Source: a virus. From it: a DNA stretch of 64,000 nt. The first letter of the stretch is position 1. Each line of letters starts with the position of its first letter. Below are positions 39,444-50,750 of the stretch, piece by piece. The DNA is taken from IMG/VR virus record IMGVR_UViG_3300032164_000001; one strand, given 5' to 3'. The translations under genes were made by a program, and so were the position numbers. The notes beneath the pieces are model-generated. The model worked only from the letters and a program-made list of their open reading frames with translations, was not told the DNA's origin and did no database searches.

Positions 39444-40148
39444 TATTGTTCCTGTAGTTAGCCTGCGATTCTGCACTGTTGACTCATTTGATCCCCATGT
39501 GTCAGCTCGGGCGTCGGTGTCGATTCGTTAGAAGTGATGCGCCAGATCGGGCGTAGCGAGCGGGGGGGAGTTTGAACACTGTCTCTGCCAGCTCTATGCC
39601 GAAGCGGTTGAGCGAGGAGACTGCTGGTGACGCACGAGGCGATGAAGGTCACGATGAAGGTCACGGTGGAATTCGGGATGTCTTCCGTCAGATCAAGTGG
39701 CGAAGTCGAAGGCGGTGAAAGCAGAGGACATGGAGAAAATCGAAAGGGTGTGCTGGTTGCGACTGTTGCGTTGCTGGTGACCTTCATGCTGACGCTTTGT
39801 GTCCATACTGGCCTGACGCTACACGTGATGCTCACGCTGCTTCAAGGAAGGAAGACAACATGATCGAGCAGAAGACAATGCCTGGCCGTTGGAGACTGGA
39901 CAGAGCGGCGGACATCAATGAGATGCTGCTGGCTGTGGCCGACCTGGCGGAGGAGCGAGGAGACACGCTACTGCCAGTGGTGTTGCGCAAACTGGCTAGC
40001 GGGCACATTGAGGCAATAGAGTACACCGCGACAGGGGAGCATTCCTACGAACTTGTGCAGCGTTGGACAATACGGATTGTGCAGTTTGCAGCCAGGATTA
40101 TGTAGCAGGCCAACAGTATTTAATATTCTGTGCGTTCCTTGCTGCTCA

Positions 40149-40205
40149 CTCGGTAGACGGTTCTCGGTAGACGGTTCTCGGTAGACGGTTTCTCGGTAGA
40201 CGGTT
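40149..40205 (+). repeat. 14-bp tandem repeat CTCGGTAGACGGTT x4
   Basis: Direct reading; intergenic. Confidence 0.9.
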
Positions 40206-40700
40206 TCAAAAGGCTTTTACAAACTGTTTCAACAAGGAGAAGCGAAAATGAAACTGACAGATGAAACGCGCAAGGAACTGTCGGAAGAGCTGGACAAGCT
40301 ACATGCAGCGATGGGCACACTGGAGGAGGAACTACCCTATGAAGTAGTTGGGGACGATGGCGCCATGGCGTATCTTGCCAACAAAGAAATGATGAAAGAG
40401 TTTGCTGACTCGTTGGAAGAAGGGGGAGTGGATAGCGAGTCGTTCATGCTTGCGGTGAAGGAACTGGTGGCGGAGTGGAAGAAGCTGAATAAGGCAATCG
40501 ACAAACGGGTTGGCGTGTTGCAGAGAGAGACCGCAAAGCTGGAAAAGAAGTTGGAGCTGTAGATTGACGCAGTGCGGCATGAATTCTGGAAGTTGCGGAA
40601 AAATTTGTGGAATTTTGGAGAATGGACAAGTGAAGGGAGAGCTCTCTATCCGCATGGGCTCCGCTACAACTCCACACTCCGCCCCCCACCTCCCACTAGG

Positions 40701-40870
40701 ATAGATCCTATGGGGATCCATCCCATGACGATAGATCCTATGAGATAGATCCTACAAGGATAGATCCTATGAGATCTATCCTAGTAGAATAGATCCTACA
40801 AGGATCCATCCCATGACGATAGATCCTATGAGATAGATCCTATCGAGCTATCCTACCTATCGAGCTACCA
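40701..40870. repeat. Iteron-like ATAGATCCTA x7 cluster
   Basis: Copies at 40701, 40731, 40745, 40760, 40789, 40819 and 40833; 41-bp duplication 40714-40754 / 40802-40842. Confidence 0.85.
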
Positions 40871-41097
40871 TACCGATCGTCGGCTGACATCACCCGACAT
40901 GTGAGAGAAAAAATTCCTCAATGAATTCAACGATGTGCGTTTTTCGAGATCGTATATAATGTCAAAAAATTCATCAATGAAATCGCTGAGTTGCACGCGT
41001 ATCCACATCTCCCGAAATGTACGGCGCTGTAGTTCCTGAATGCAAGTTTCATTCCAGCTTACCAGGGGAAATGGCATGGCGCGTCGAAAAATAGGCC

Positions 41098-41126
41098 TTG
41101 ACAAACGTCCCTACCTAGAGTAGAAT
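41098..41126 (+). promoter_or_regulatory. Sigma70-like promoter
   Basis: TTGACA-17-TAGAAT. Confidence 0.7.
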
Positions 41127-43185
41127 TTTCTCATGACGTCGACCGCACAAAATTCCTTGGTAGCGCGTGGCACGTCATACGTGGTGTCCTACCACGTGGT
41201 GCTAGTGGGCATGGGTAATATATCTCGGTCCGTTGGACGGAGCGGTCAAACCGGGCAATCCCCGGGTACGGCGACAACGTAACCGCGTTAGCGTGTGGGC
41301 TGTAGGGGTCTAACGGAGCACGAGGGGTAGCACGGTCATGGTTTGCAATCACAACCCTGGCGTGCAGAAACTACACACCTTTTAACCGACCAATATCACG
41401 GTACATGGTACCGTGCAACAACGTGGTGCTTGGCACCATGACGGAGAACAACATGGCACACACAGTCAACATGGGTACTGCACCTACGTTGCTCGACGTA
41501 CCACGCAGTCGTGCGTGGTGCACGGTTGACCTGACCGGAGTCACGGCACGTGTCAGTGCCGTGCTCCGGCTACGCGGCATGGTGCACACCGGCCAGCTGG
41601 CCGACGACTGGGCAGATGCAGCTCTGGCACGGGCGACCGTGTTGGCTGCCGAGTGTGATTGCCTGCTTGGGCCAGCGGACTGACCGCTGGCCCAACCGAC
41701 GGGATCCACAGGGGATCCATGCATGGTTCAACCCCATGCCGTCGGTCCAAACGCTGGCATGGCCAGCACAGCAGTAGGGCATGGCCCTACACAGGAGTAC
41801 ACCATGGCAACCAAGCGCACCTATGATAGCAGCACCGACGACTGCGGGTATTGCCTTGTGTTGGCTGACAAAGTCGTTGCCACGTGCCGCGCGAAGGCAC
41901 GGCATGCAGCGGAGGGTCGGCGGGGCAACAAGTGGGTGTTCATAGCTGTGGCCAACGCAGTGGCCAGGCTCAAGGACGAAGCACTGTACCGGGGCGCATA
42001 CGCGCCCCTCGAGGAGGCACTGGAGCTACTGAGCGGGACTGGTACCATCCAATCCTGCTAGGGATCTTGCGACGGTTGGAGCTGGGCTCCACACCAGGCG
42101 TCATGGCCTGGCCGTCGCGCCGATCGGCAATTGTGCCGCAATTACGCTGGCTTGGCCAGCACAGGAGAACACATGAGATGCGAGCAATGCAACCGTTTTC
42201 TGCCAGGCCGTGGTCCGACATGGGCCATGAAATGCCAGTGTGCCAAGTCGCAAGAGATGGCATTGGCGGAGGTGGACTCTGCCACGTTGGCCTTGCTGGC
42301 CAAGCGTGGCTTGCGTGAGACGGCGGTGCTTGCAGCGGCCGAGTTCACCCGTCGTGAGGTGCTCACCAGCCCGTCGTGCACCGAGCACGACAAGGGTTGG
42401 ACGCTGGACCCAATGGTGCACACAACGTCGGATGCCAGTACAGGCAAAGCAGAACGTTGTTTCTCCTGTCGCAGGCGTGTGGACTACGAGCACGTGCTCG
42501 GTGACAAGGGTTGGGCCATCTGGCAGGCGCTCTGTCGGATACCACACCACACTATCCGCGCCAGATGTGGCAGTATCACGTTGCGTAACTACGCTGGCAA
42601 GGCGTCGGCGTGCCACGACGGGCAGTGTGTGCATCGCGTGGCCATCAATATGGCCACAGGCGAAGTGGTCGACGGTGGGTACATATCCACGGGTGAGTGT
42701 GCCATCAATGAGCGGTCAGAGCGCAGTGGCAAGATGGACCTCACCACGTGCCCGACCAACGTGGTGGTCGGGTGGTTCAAGTACGCGTACGGCTCGCCGT
42801 CGCTGACACTTGAGGTGCCAGACGGCATGCTGGCCAAGCTGTAGAAGGCCATGTGTATGTTTTGCGTAGCACGGTCTAGCGCCACCAACAACAAGCTGGC
42901 CATGGGCTGGCAAGGAGTCGAACATGGTTCAACTGCTGGCAACGGTTACGGCACGTGACCCACGCACGTGCCGTACTACCGACACGTGGGAGTTGAGCAG
43001 TGCCGAGTCGCACGAGCTACTGCTTGCGGCTCGACTGGCACGAGTAGGCGTGCGTCGCGGTAGCACGGACACGCCTACTGTTGCCGAGCTGGCGGACGCT
43101 GCCGCTGCCGTGGCGTACTGGGCAGTGGACGGAGAGCAGTACTGGGCTCTCGGCCACTGGCTTGCCGATGTCGTGGCGGAAGGCG

Positions 43186-43277
43186 GTAGGGTATTGCTGA
43201 AGTAGGGTATTGCTGAAGTAGGGTATTGCTGAAGTAGGGTATTGCTGAAGTAGGGTATTGCTGAAGTAGGGCATTGC
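43186..43277 (+). repeat. 16-bp tandem repeat GTAGGGTATTGCTGAA x5 plus a partial copy
   Basis: Perfect head-to-tail copies with no spacers. Confidence 0.95.
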
Positions 43278-43342
43278 AGTCTTATACCAACAGTATGTAA
43301 ACGGGGAATGGTTCCGAACGGCGCAGTTGCATACTGTTGTTC

Positions 43343-43390
43343 GACACTGGCGAGTCGGTCGCCTAGCAGGTTCAAGCCCTGCCAGTGTCA
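43343..43390 (+). ncRNA. 48-nt mini-tRNA-like element (acceptor + T arm + one short hairpin)
   Basis: GACACTG-[GCGA-GTCGG-TCGC]-CTA-GCAGG-TTCAAGC-CCTGC-CAGTGTC-A. Confidence 0.6.
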
Positions 43391-43429
43391 CTAACGAAGG
43401 GGAACCCAACACCGAAAGGAGCTATCGTT

Positions 43430-44800
43430 ATGAACGAACACAATGCAGAGTCGTTGGTGGATCTTGTTGCCCGTAGGGGCAACGAGATGGGGCACGGCGT
43501 CTTGTCGGCTGTGCTCGCCGTAGCAGCTGACCTGGCGCTTGCCGCAAACAGGAACCACCTGGCGGAAGCACTTGACGAGGCGAGCGATACCGCTCACCGT
43601 GGCCATGCCATGCTCGCCGTGCACATGGCAAGGACTGCCATGGCGCAGTGGTCGTTCACTCCGTGTGCCGCAACTCCGAGCGCTACGGCTTTACCAGCAC
43701 GAGTTCCCGAACAGTGGATGCTGACAGAGGTGGACACCAACCAACAGCTCAGGGTAACACTGAGCTATGTGGATGGACCGCTCAACGCGCGTGTCAAGCA
43801 CGATGAGCGCATCACCATGATGTTGGGCGAGGCGTTGGACGTGCTGGCAGCGCCAGCTGTCGGCGTGCGTGCTATGCGCCTGAAGTCCGCTCTGGAGTCG
43901 AACCATGCAGTGGCGCAACTGCTTGCCACGCGCAATGCCATGGTGCCAGCGGGCACGGCGTTGGTGGCACGGTTGCGGTACTTAGCGGCGCTGTCGCCGT
44001 CACGCAATGACGGTGGGTATGGTCGGCAGGTGAAGCAGTTGGCCAACAAGCTGGATAGTGCGCTGTCCGCACCACGTACAGGCGTTGCAGAGCTGTCGAC
44101 GCTGATAGCGTCGGCCAAGCAACTGGCGCAGTCCATCCGCTCTGGCTTGGCCCGACGTGTGGCGTATGCTGCCAAGTGTATGGTTGATAGCGGCGTCGAC
44201 GAGACCAAAGCGCTAACCGAGGCGAGGTCCATGGTCAATACGTGGATGAACACTCGCATCCGCGCCAACCGCCTGCCACTGCCAGCGCAGAACAGCATAC
44301 TGATGACGAAACCATCGCCCGTGCGGTATGCCGTAATAGGCGCATTCGACGCGCACTATTGCGCTTGCAAGGTGGAACCGACAACGGTCGAACCGACCTA
44401 CTTGCCGGACCGCACAACGTGGCGCGCAATATGTCGGATATCGGCACGGATAACACACCCGGATCTCGTAAGGGACTGGATCCCTCGCTGGCGTGCATAC
44501 GCTGGCATGTTCCACGCTATGCCAACAGTATGTATCCCACAAGACGGGCGAACGGCGACTATCCCACAAGACGGGCGAACGGCGACCAGCACCAGCGCCA
44601 GCACCAAGACTCGCATCACGCCAACCGCATCCACGCCAACCGCTACACTGTCGGTCGTTGTGGTCAACGACCGACACCGCGCAATCTGCTCATGCTGTGG
44701 CCTGGCCATGCCGCTCCACATGGAGCTGGCCGTGGCCAAGGCGTTGCAGCACAACATGGTCGACTGCCCCAACTGTGGAGGCAGCAACAGGATACTCTAG
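43430..44800 (+). CDS. Large Ala-rich hypothetical protein with a C-terminal Zn ribbon
   Basis: AAGGAG RBS; CSCC...CPNC. Confidence 0.6.
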   Translation: MNEHNAESLVDLVARRGNEMGHGVLSAVLAVAADLALAANRNHLAEALDEASDTAHRGHAMLAVHMARTAMAQWSFTPCAATPSATALPARVPEQWMLTEVDTNQQLRVTLSYVDGPLNARVKHDERITMMLGEALDVLAAPAVGVRAMRLKSALESNHAVAQLLATRNAMVPAGTALVARLRYLAALSPSRNDGGYGRQVKQLANKLDSALSAPRTGVAELSTLIASAKQLAQSIRSGLARRVAYAAKCMVDSGVDETKALTEARSMVNTWMNTRIRANRLPLPAQNSILMTKPSPVRYAVIGAFDAHYCACKVEPTTVEPTYLPDRTTWRAICRISARITHPDLVRDWIPRWRAYAGMFHAMPTVCIPQDGRTATIPQDGRTATSTSASTKTRITPTASTPTATLSVVVVNDRHRAICSCCGLAMPLHMELAVAKALQHNMVDCPNCGGSNRIL

Positions 44801-44869
44801 ACTATTCGTGGCGTTTACAGACTGCACCGTTGGCATATGTTGGGGAACGGTGGTTACCTGCATCGCATA

Positions 44870-44907
44870 TGGGGACGGCGCCTTTCGGCGCCGTCCCCAT
44901 TTTTTTG
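44870..44907 (+). terminator. Rho-independent terminator
   Basis: GGGGACGGCGCC-TTTC-GGCGCCGTCCCC followed by ATTTTTTT. Confidence 0.9.
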
Positions 44908-45420
44908 TGCCTTTTCCGTAGTACTACTCGGCATGCTCTACCAGACCAGAAAACCACCAGACCAGGAATCCAACGTCTTGAATTGATTCACTAATTCGCT
45001 AGAAGGCCCTTCAGAGGCGATTGCGGGCGCCATAGGTTTGGACCAAGGGGATTGGACGGGTTGACGATTTTATGGTCATAGGTAAGGCTCTAAAGCGTTT
45101 TGGCACATGGTTTTGCCCCATTCCCTCGGTCGTTTTTGCCCTGGTTTTGCCCTGGTTTTGCCCCTCGGCACCTAGGGGTCAGCGGCGCGAAACACATGCG
45201 AAACAGGCATGGAACACATACGAAACACATGCGAAACGCATGCCCCTTGTCTGGGGTAAGTAGGACTGGTGGTGTGAAAATCCTGAGTAAAATCATAGGG
45301 TTAAATTGTTTTGACAAATGGAAATGATCGGCTAAGCTTTTGATTCAATTGGTTTTTTCCCTCTGATGCAGAGGGGCAACCCGCACCACATGGTGGTGCA
45401 CAGACAGGAGTCATGGACAC

Positions 45421-45849
45421 ATGGCAGACAAGACCTTCGACGAGCTGGTTGCGGACGGCATCATCAAGATGCAAGTCAAGGCGACGGTGGGTCGGGACGC
45501 GACCTACCAGAGTGCTGCATTCGAGGTGGCCTTGCAGTCGGCCGACCTCAAGCGCAAGGTGGCCAAGCACAATCGGCAGACCTCCATCGCCGACAAGCTC
45601 GACGAGCGCATTGCCCTGCACGAGGCGGTGCAGTCGCGGCTCGCAACTAACCCCTCGCTCCTGATGGCTCTCGACCCCTCGGAAGCCAAGCGCCAAGCTC
45701 GCCTGGCCGAGAAGCAGGCCGAGCTGTCGGCCAAGGCCGTGGTCGCCGCTGCCCCATGCGCCGACACCACTGTCGCGACTGCCCCTGTGGCTTCGACCAC
45801 TTCGACCACCAAGGCCAAGGCCAACAAGGGCAAAAGCGCCACCGCATAG
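45421..45849 (+). CDS. Ala/Lys-rich helical protein
   Basis: Strongly biased codons; TTGACA at 45311 upstream. Confidence 0.65.
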   Translation: MADKTFDELVADGIIKMQVKATVGRDATYQSAAFEVALQSADLKRKVAKHNRQTSIADKLDERIALHEAVQSRLATNPSLLMALDPSEAKRQARLAEKQAELSAKAVVAAAPCADTTVATAPVASTTSTTKAKANKGKSATA

Positions 45850-48800
45850 TCAACGCACATACAAACCCGAAACGGGTGACACCGTCACCCGTATGCCAGG
45901 GATGGTACCTTGGCACTGATGAGGGAGCCACGCACTCTGATGCTAACGAAGTCTACCATGTTCGTCGAGTACCAGCGCCTCATGACAGAGGCGAGCTACG
46001 CTGGCTCGTCGGCTGGTAACGCAACGCCCTCGGTTGCACTGCTGGCTGACATAGATGCTCGGCGGCTCACGGTTGCCAATGCGCTGACAAGCGAGGCGAA
46101 TGCCATTCGCCGTCGGATGCAGACACTTGCAACACAGGCCAATGCACTTGGCGTGACCTACAAACCATCGGCCGATGACATGGCCGACCTTGCCAGCTTG
46201 ACATCGGCCATTGCCGACTTGCGCCGACTGGTGCGCTCTTTCGCTACAGACCGATCCGACATCGCCCTGTCACGTGGTAGGGCCAGGACTACCATGGGCA
46301 AGACAGCCAAGCGTGGCACGCCCAAGGTGCTCGGCGGGCCGGTCACTTCCACCGTCCCCCGTGCCTTCACGGGCACCAATGAGCCCACGCCGTCCGACTA
46401 CCTGGTGTGCCCCCGATGCGGCGTGCGCTATGACTGCCACACAAGTTGCACACAGTGCACCTGCGGTGGCACACTGCGGCACGATTGGACCAGCCCAGCC
46501 ATGTCAGAGCGGCAGGCCGTGGCAACTTGCCGTGCTACCGAAGCCACATACGAGCACACTGTTGACGATACTGGCATCTGGCAGGGCACGGTTGCCATTG
46601 CCGGTAACCCACTGCTGGCAACTATTACAGCAGCATGCTGCGCCCAACACCCGGCACAGCCAGACGTGCTAGCCGCTGCTCACGAGGAGCACTGCCAGTC
46701 ACATGCGGACTGGCTTGCCAGTCACGCTCGTGCGGCACGCATTGCAGCCAAGCGCCCTCGTGGCAAGCGAGGTGGCAGACGGGGATAGATGCCCCGAACT
46801 TGCGTGCTCTGACAACTTAATACCGCGCTCCTGGCCCTCATGGGTTACAGTGCAGCCGCGCTTCATGGCTCCCCGCCAGTATGTCAACATGCTGCGGGCT
46901 AGCGCCACGAACGTATACCAGAGGATCGGGCTAGCGCCACGAACGTATACCAGAGGATACAGCCCTGGTAACTCCAGGAACAAACAGTGTATCCTCCAGT
47001 ATACTTCTACCCGTGCTTGTCGAAGCACAGCAGAACACGGCAAAGCACGGGCTGAAGCACGGCAAAACACGGGTGGAGCACGGAGTGACACAGTGCTGGC
47101 ACAGTGAATGGCACAGTGCCGACACAGTGCCGAGCCATCCCCGTGCAAACACATGGCTAAACCCCATGAGTCATCCCTTGAGTTCTGCGGCTTGAACGCC
47201 ACAGACAGCCGGAGTGGGAGGCGTGCAGCCTCGGACTGCGCCGACTGGCAGACCTGCCTGTAGAACTGGACCGCTCCAGTGATGGCGATGAACCGACAGG
47301 CGCAGCCCAAACGTATCACGACAGCCTGTAGCATACAAGGGCTCCCCGCCAGTATGTAAACGGGGAGTCTACAAACGCCACGAAGACGTGCGCGGACTGA
47401 GACGGCAAAGCGCCATACAAGCCGAAGCCGAAGCCCGGGCTGAGACCTCATCCGATATGGGCTACCTGGGCTCTGTTTCGATACGACGATCACCCAGCTG
47501 TGGACTTTTTTGTGTTGGGTGGACAGCCGGGGGTTGTCTTCGCCCACCCTGTCGGCTTCATGTGCAAGACAGCTGAGATGCCGTTGGCAGCTGCGCTTGC
47601 GCTGTGTGCGCGAGCCGTGAAGTCGACTATCTTCCCCGCCAGTATGTAAACGGGGAGCCGACAAACGGGGAGCCAACAACGCCGGTACTCCGCTACTCCG
47701 ACACAGCCGGTACTCCGGCGCACAGTGGCATGTCTTGGCACACTGTGGGGAGCTGAGACTGTGAAGCCGGTGCTGAATGCAATGTCGAATGAGCAGACTG
47801 GCCGGGCGTTGGAAGCCGTAGCCAAACTGCATGCTGCGTTGACCTGATTCCTGCAACTCCCACAGGTGAAGAGGAGAACAGTAATGCGGCGTACTATCAG
47901 AGTCAGATATGGGTTGACAACAGAGGCAAGCGTGGCACCCGTGTGGTCTACGACTACATGAACGGTTACTACTCGAGGAGTGGAGAGAAGTGAAGAGCAT
48001 AGCAGAAACACTAGACCACGCAGACTGGTGGCTTCATCAGTACATGGGTCTTCACTGGATCATTCGTAAAGATGGACTCTCCTTGGTTAAGTGGTTTCAG
48101 ACTAAACTCGGCAGGCAGAGCCGATGCTTAATCACCCATCGTAGATATTGGGTTTGGGAGAGACCAAACTGGACGCTGTTTGTTCACAACATTGGCGGGA
48201 TCTCGTTCGAAGTCCCTCCCACGTCTACTAAAGCAGAAACTAAAGCAGCCTGGGAAGATTTCCTGACCTCAATAGGAACAAGTGGAAAAGAAACTGCACG
48301 AGAATGGAAAGGGAGAGGTCACCGAATGACTTTGGGAGAGGTCACCGAATGACTTTGAGAGAGGCTATAAAATACCACAAGGAGCTAGAATCTCTAGAAC
48401 ACTCACTGGCAACATCCGGGCAGATTCTACCTCCGGCAGTCTTCAGCCACGCCCAACTCTGCAAGTGGCTGGAGGAACTCCAACAACTACGAAAGCTAAA
48501 ACGGGAGGTCAAGAAGCTGGGCCTTGACATTGATGGAAGTTGAGCAATGGATCCTGGACAGGAAGTTTCCTGTCGATGACCCTTACAGGAGCACCCACAG
48601 TGACACTGAAACAAGCAATCGAACATTACAAGGAGCAGATTCTCTTAGCACCTAGTCCTGCTGCTGAACGATACTACTTGAGATTGGTGAAGTGGCTGAA
48701 TGGTAATGGTCTGGCGGTAGCACGTGTTGATTCGTTCGGGGATGCCTACCTGCTCAACAGGATGGGAGCCCCAGTAGCATACGAGGACGTATGCTACGTT

Positions 48801-49045
48801 GAGAACATGGTTCTCGACGGCTACGCCATTCGGTACGGCGTGACCGTCGTTCGCGATCGGCGTGGGAAACCAGTCGCAGTGCTGCATGCACTGTCGAAAG
48901 GATGCTTCCCCGCCAGTATGTAAACGGGGAGTGCGCGAACGGGGAGCACAGGTCTTGAACCTGTTCAGGGACTCGTACTCCGTCACAGCCAGTACTTCGC
49001 TACTCCACTACTCCGTAGTCATCAAGTGCAAAAGGAGAAGTAGAA

Positions 49046-49930
49046 ATGGCACGAATTGTCACGAGTGTGGCTCAGATTGAGTCACGAGCCGAGCGAGCCG
49101 AACGGCTGCTCGAGTGCAGAGCCGAGTGTGAATGCAATCGGCTCGAACGGGAAGACTTCACCCGTTCGGAAGCCAGAGCCATCATGTCAGCCATGGAGCA
49201 CGATGAGCGTGCACTGCAGGCTGAGCAGAGGGCCGAGAGCAGACGACTCGAGTCGTGGGAGCGAGAGGAAGACAGGCGTGCCGAGTACGAGCTGAGGCGC
49301 TTCACACGCATGCTCAGGACTGCCGTTGCCTTCAACTGGAGTAGCCGGCGGAGCCGGTTACTGCGTATGGCTCGGGCGAAGCGGGCTGAGTACGCTCGTG
49401 CCTACAGGCGCACGTCCGTGTACGTGGTGCGGCCTGGAACTGGAGCCGGAAGCCCAGCATGTCAGCCGAGTGCATCGATCCCGAGTGCATCGATCCCGAG
49501 TGCATCGATCCCGAGTGCATCGATCCCCAAGCCGAGAATGCCGATCACGGGATACAGCTCGGAATACAGCTCGGACTTCTCGATTGCGGATTACACTGCG
49601 TCGAGTAGAGGATCATCCATGGAGGAGAGAGTGATGGACAAACACGACCTCGAGCTGTTGGATGAAGAGCAGCGAGCCGAGCTGAAACTCACCATGTTCG
49701 GGGTGAACGCTCGGAACCGGCCGACGCATGCAACCATGACAGCAGCCGCGCTGTGCTCCTGTCTGGAGACGGCTCCGGGATTCATGCCGCGAGCCGAGTA
49801 CTCGATCGAGAAGTGTGAAGTGCGAATACAGACTGGAACCGCTTCGACTCGCACCGTTCGCGAGATGATGCATTTGGGGAAACCGGGGAAACCGGAGCAC
49901 AAATCGGCTTCGCCGGAACTCAAGTTCTGA
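49046..49930 (+). CDS. Arg/Glu-rich protein with a (PSASI)x4 repeat
   Basis: AAGGAG RBS; flanked by Repeat B copies. Confidence 0.55.
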   Translation: MARIVTSVAQIESRAERAERLLECRAECECNRLEREDFTRSEARAIMSAMEHDERALQAEQRAESRRLESWEREEDRRAEYELRRFTRMLRTAVAFNWSSRRSRLLRMARAKRAEYARAYRRTSVYVVRPGTGAGSPACQPSASIPSASIPSASIPSASIPKPRMPITGYSSEYSSDFSIADYTASSRGSSMEERVMDKHDLELLDEEQRAELKLTMFGVNARNRPTHATMTAAALCSCLETAPGFMPRAEYSIEKCEVRIQTGTASTRTVREMMHLGKPGKPEHKSASPELKF

Positions 49931-50323
49931 TCCCCGCCAGTATGTAAACGGGGAGCACGGAGAAGTGCTGAGTATCCGTGTTCCTGCTACACCGCGCGCA
50001 CCCGCAACGGAGGCCCTCCGAGATGAGGAGAACAGATGATCAGTGCAATAGTAATAGTGCTCAGCGTAGCAGTACTTGCATGGGGAGTGGTGGAGACTCG
50101 ACGCACGGCAAAGCGGACAGCCGAGCTGGAGAAGACCATGGAGCAAGCCATGGCGAAACTCGGTCTGAGTGAGGAGCGCTTCGCTCGAGCCCTGAAGTCC
50201 GCCGTGGATCATGCGTTTCATGGAATTCAAGCCGAGCTCGATTCAGCCGAGTGGGGCGTAGTTCGCAATAGCAAATAGATTCATGGTGGAACAACGGCAT
50301 ACCCGTAACACGTTCTATTTTTC

Positions 50324-50389
50324 TTGACACAGCAACTTGGCATAATGTAAAATATGGGCGGTTGGGTGGGAATGAGGTTTGTATGGGGG
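50324..50389 (+). promoter_or_regulatory. Repeat A copy 7
   Basis: TTGACA-18-TAAAAT plus the G-rich leader, followed immediately by Repeat B. Confidence 0.85.
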
Positions 50390-50636
50390 ATGCCTTCGTT
50401 TCCCCGCCAGTATGTAAACGGGGAGTGCGCGAACGGCGTACTCCTCAAACTGTGAGGAAATCGCAACCCAGCGACATCGTTAAGCCTTGTTCCCCGCCAG
50501 TATGTAAACGGGGAGTGCGCGAGCGGCGCCCAACCAGAACAGGAATCCGTATGCGAGCGGCGCCCAACCAGAACAGGAGCTGTCCACAAGAGGCCTACGT
50601 CGTCGAGAAGAAGTAGCCGACAGCGAATAGCTGAGC

Positions 50637-50750
50637 ACTCCTTACCTGTGATAGAACTCCTTACCTGTGATAGAACTCCTTACCTATGCTGGCACTAGAA
50701 CTCCTTACCTATGATAGAACTAGAACTAGAGCTCCTTACCTATGATAGAA
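50637..50750. repeat. ~19-bp repeat with core CTCCTTACCT x5
   Basis: Cores at 50638, 50657, 50676, 50701 and 50732. Confidence 0.85.

Larger units (their letters stand above)
47343..50515 (+). repeat. Cluster of six perfect Repeat B hairpins at gene boundaries
   Basis: TCCCCGCCAGTATGTAAACGGGGAG at 47343, 47633, 48907, 49931, 50401 and 50491. Confidence 0.95.

Noticed and set aside
43186-43277. Possible CRISPR array
   Set aside because: 16-bp units are head-to-tail with no spacers; simple tandem repeat.
46699-48000. 433-aa ORF on the - strand
   Set aside because: Low-information translation crossing repeats in GC-rich DNA; no recognisable domain.
47343-50515. Repeat B as CRISPR repeats
   Set aside because: Spacing is irregular (90-1270 bp), some intervals contain whole genes, and no cas genes are seen.
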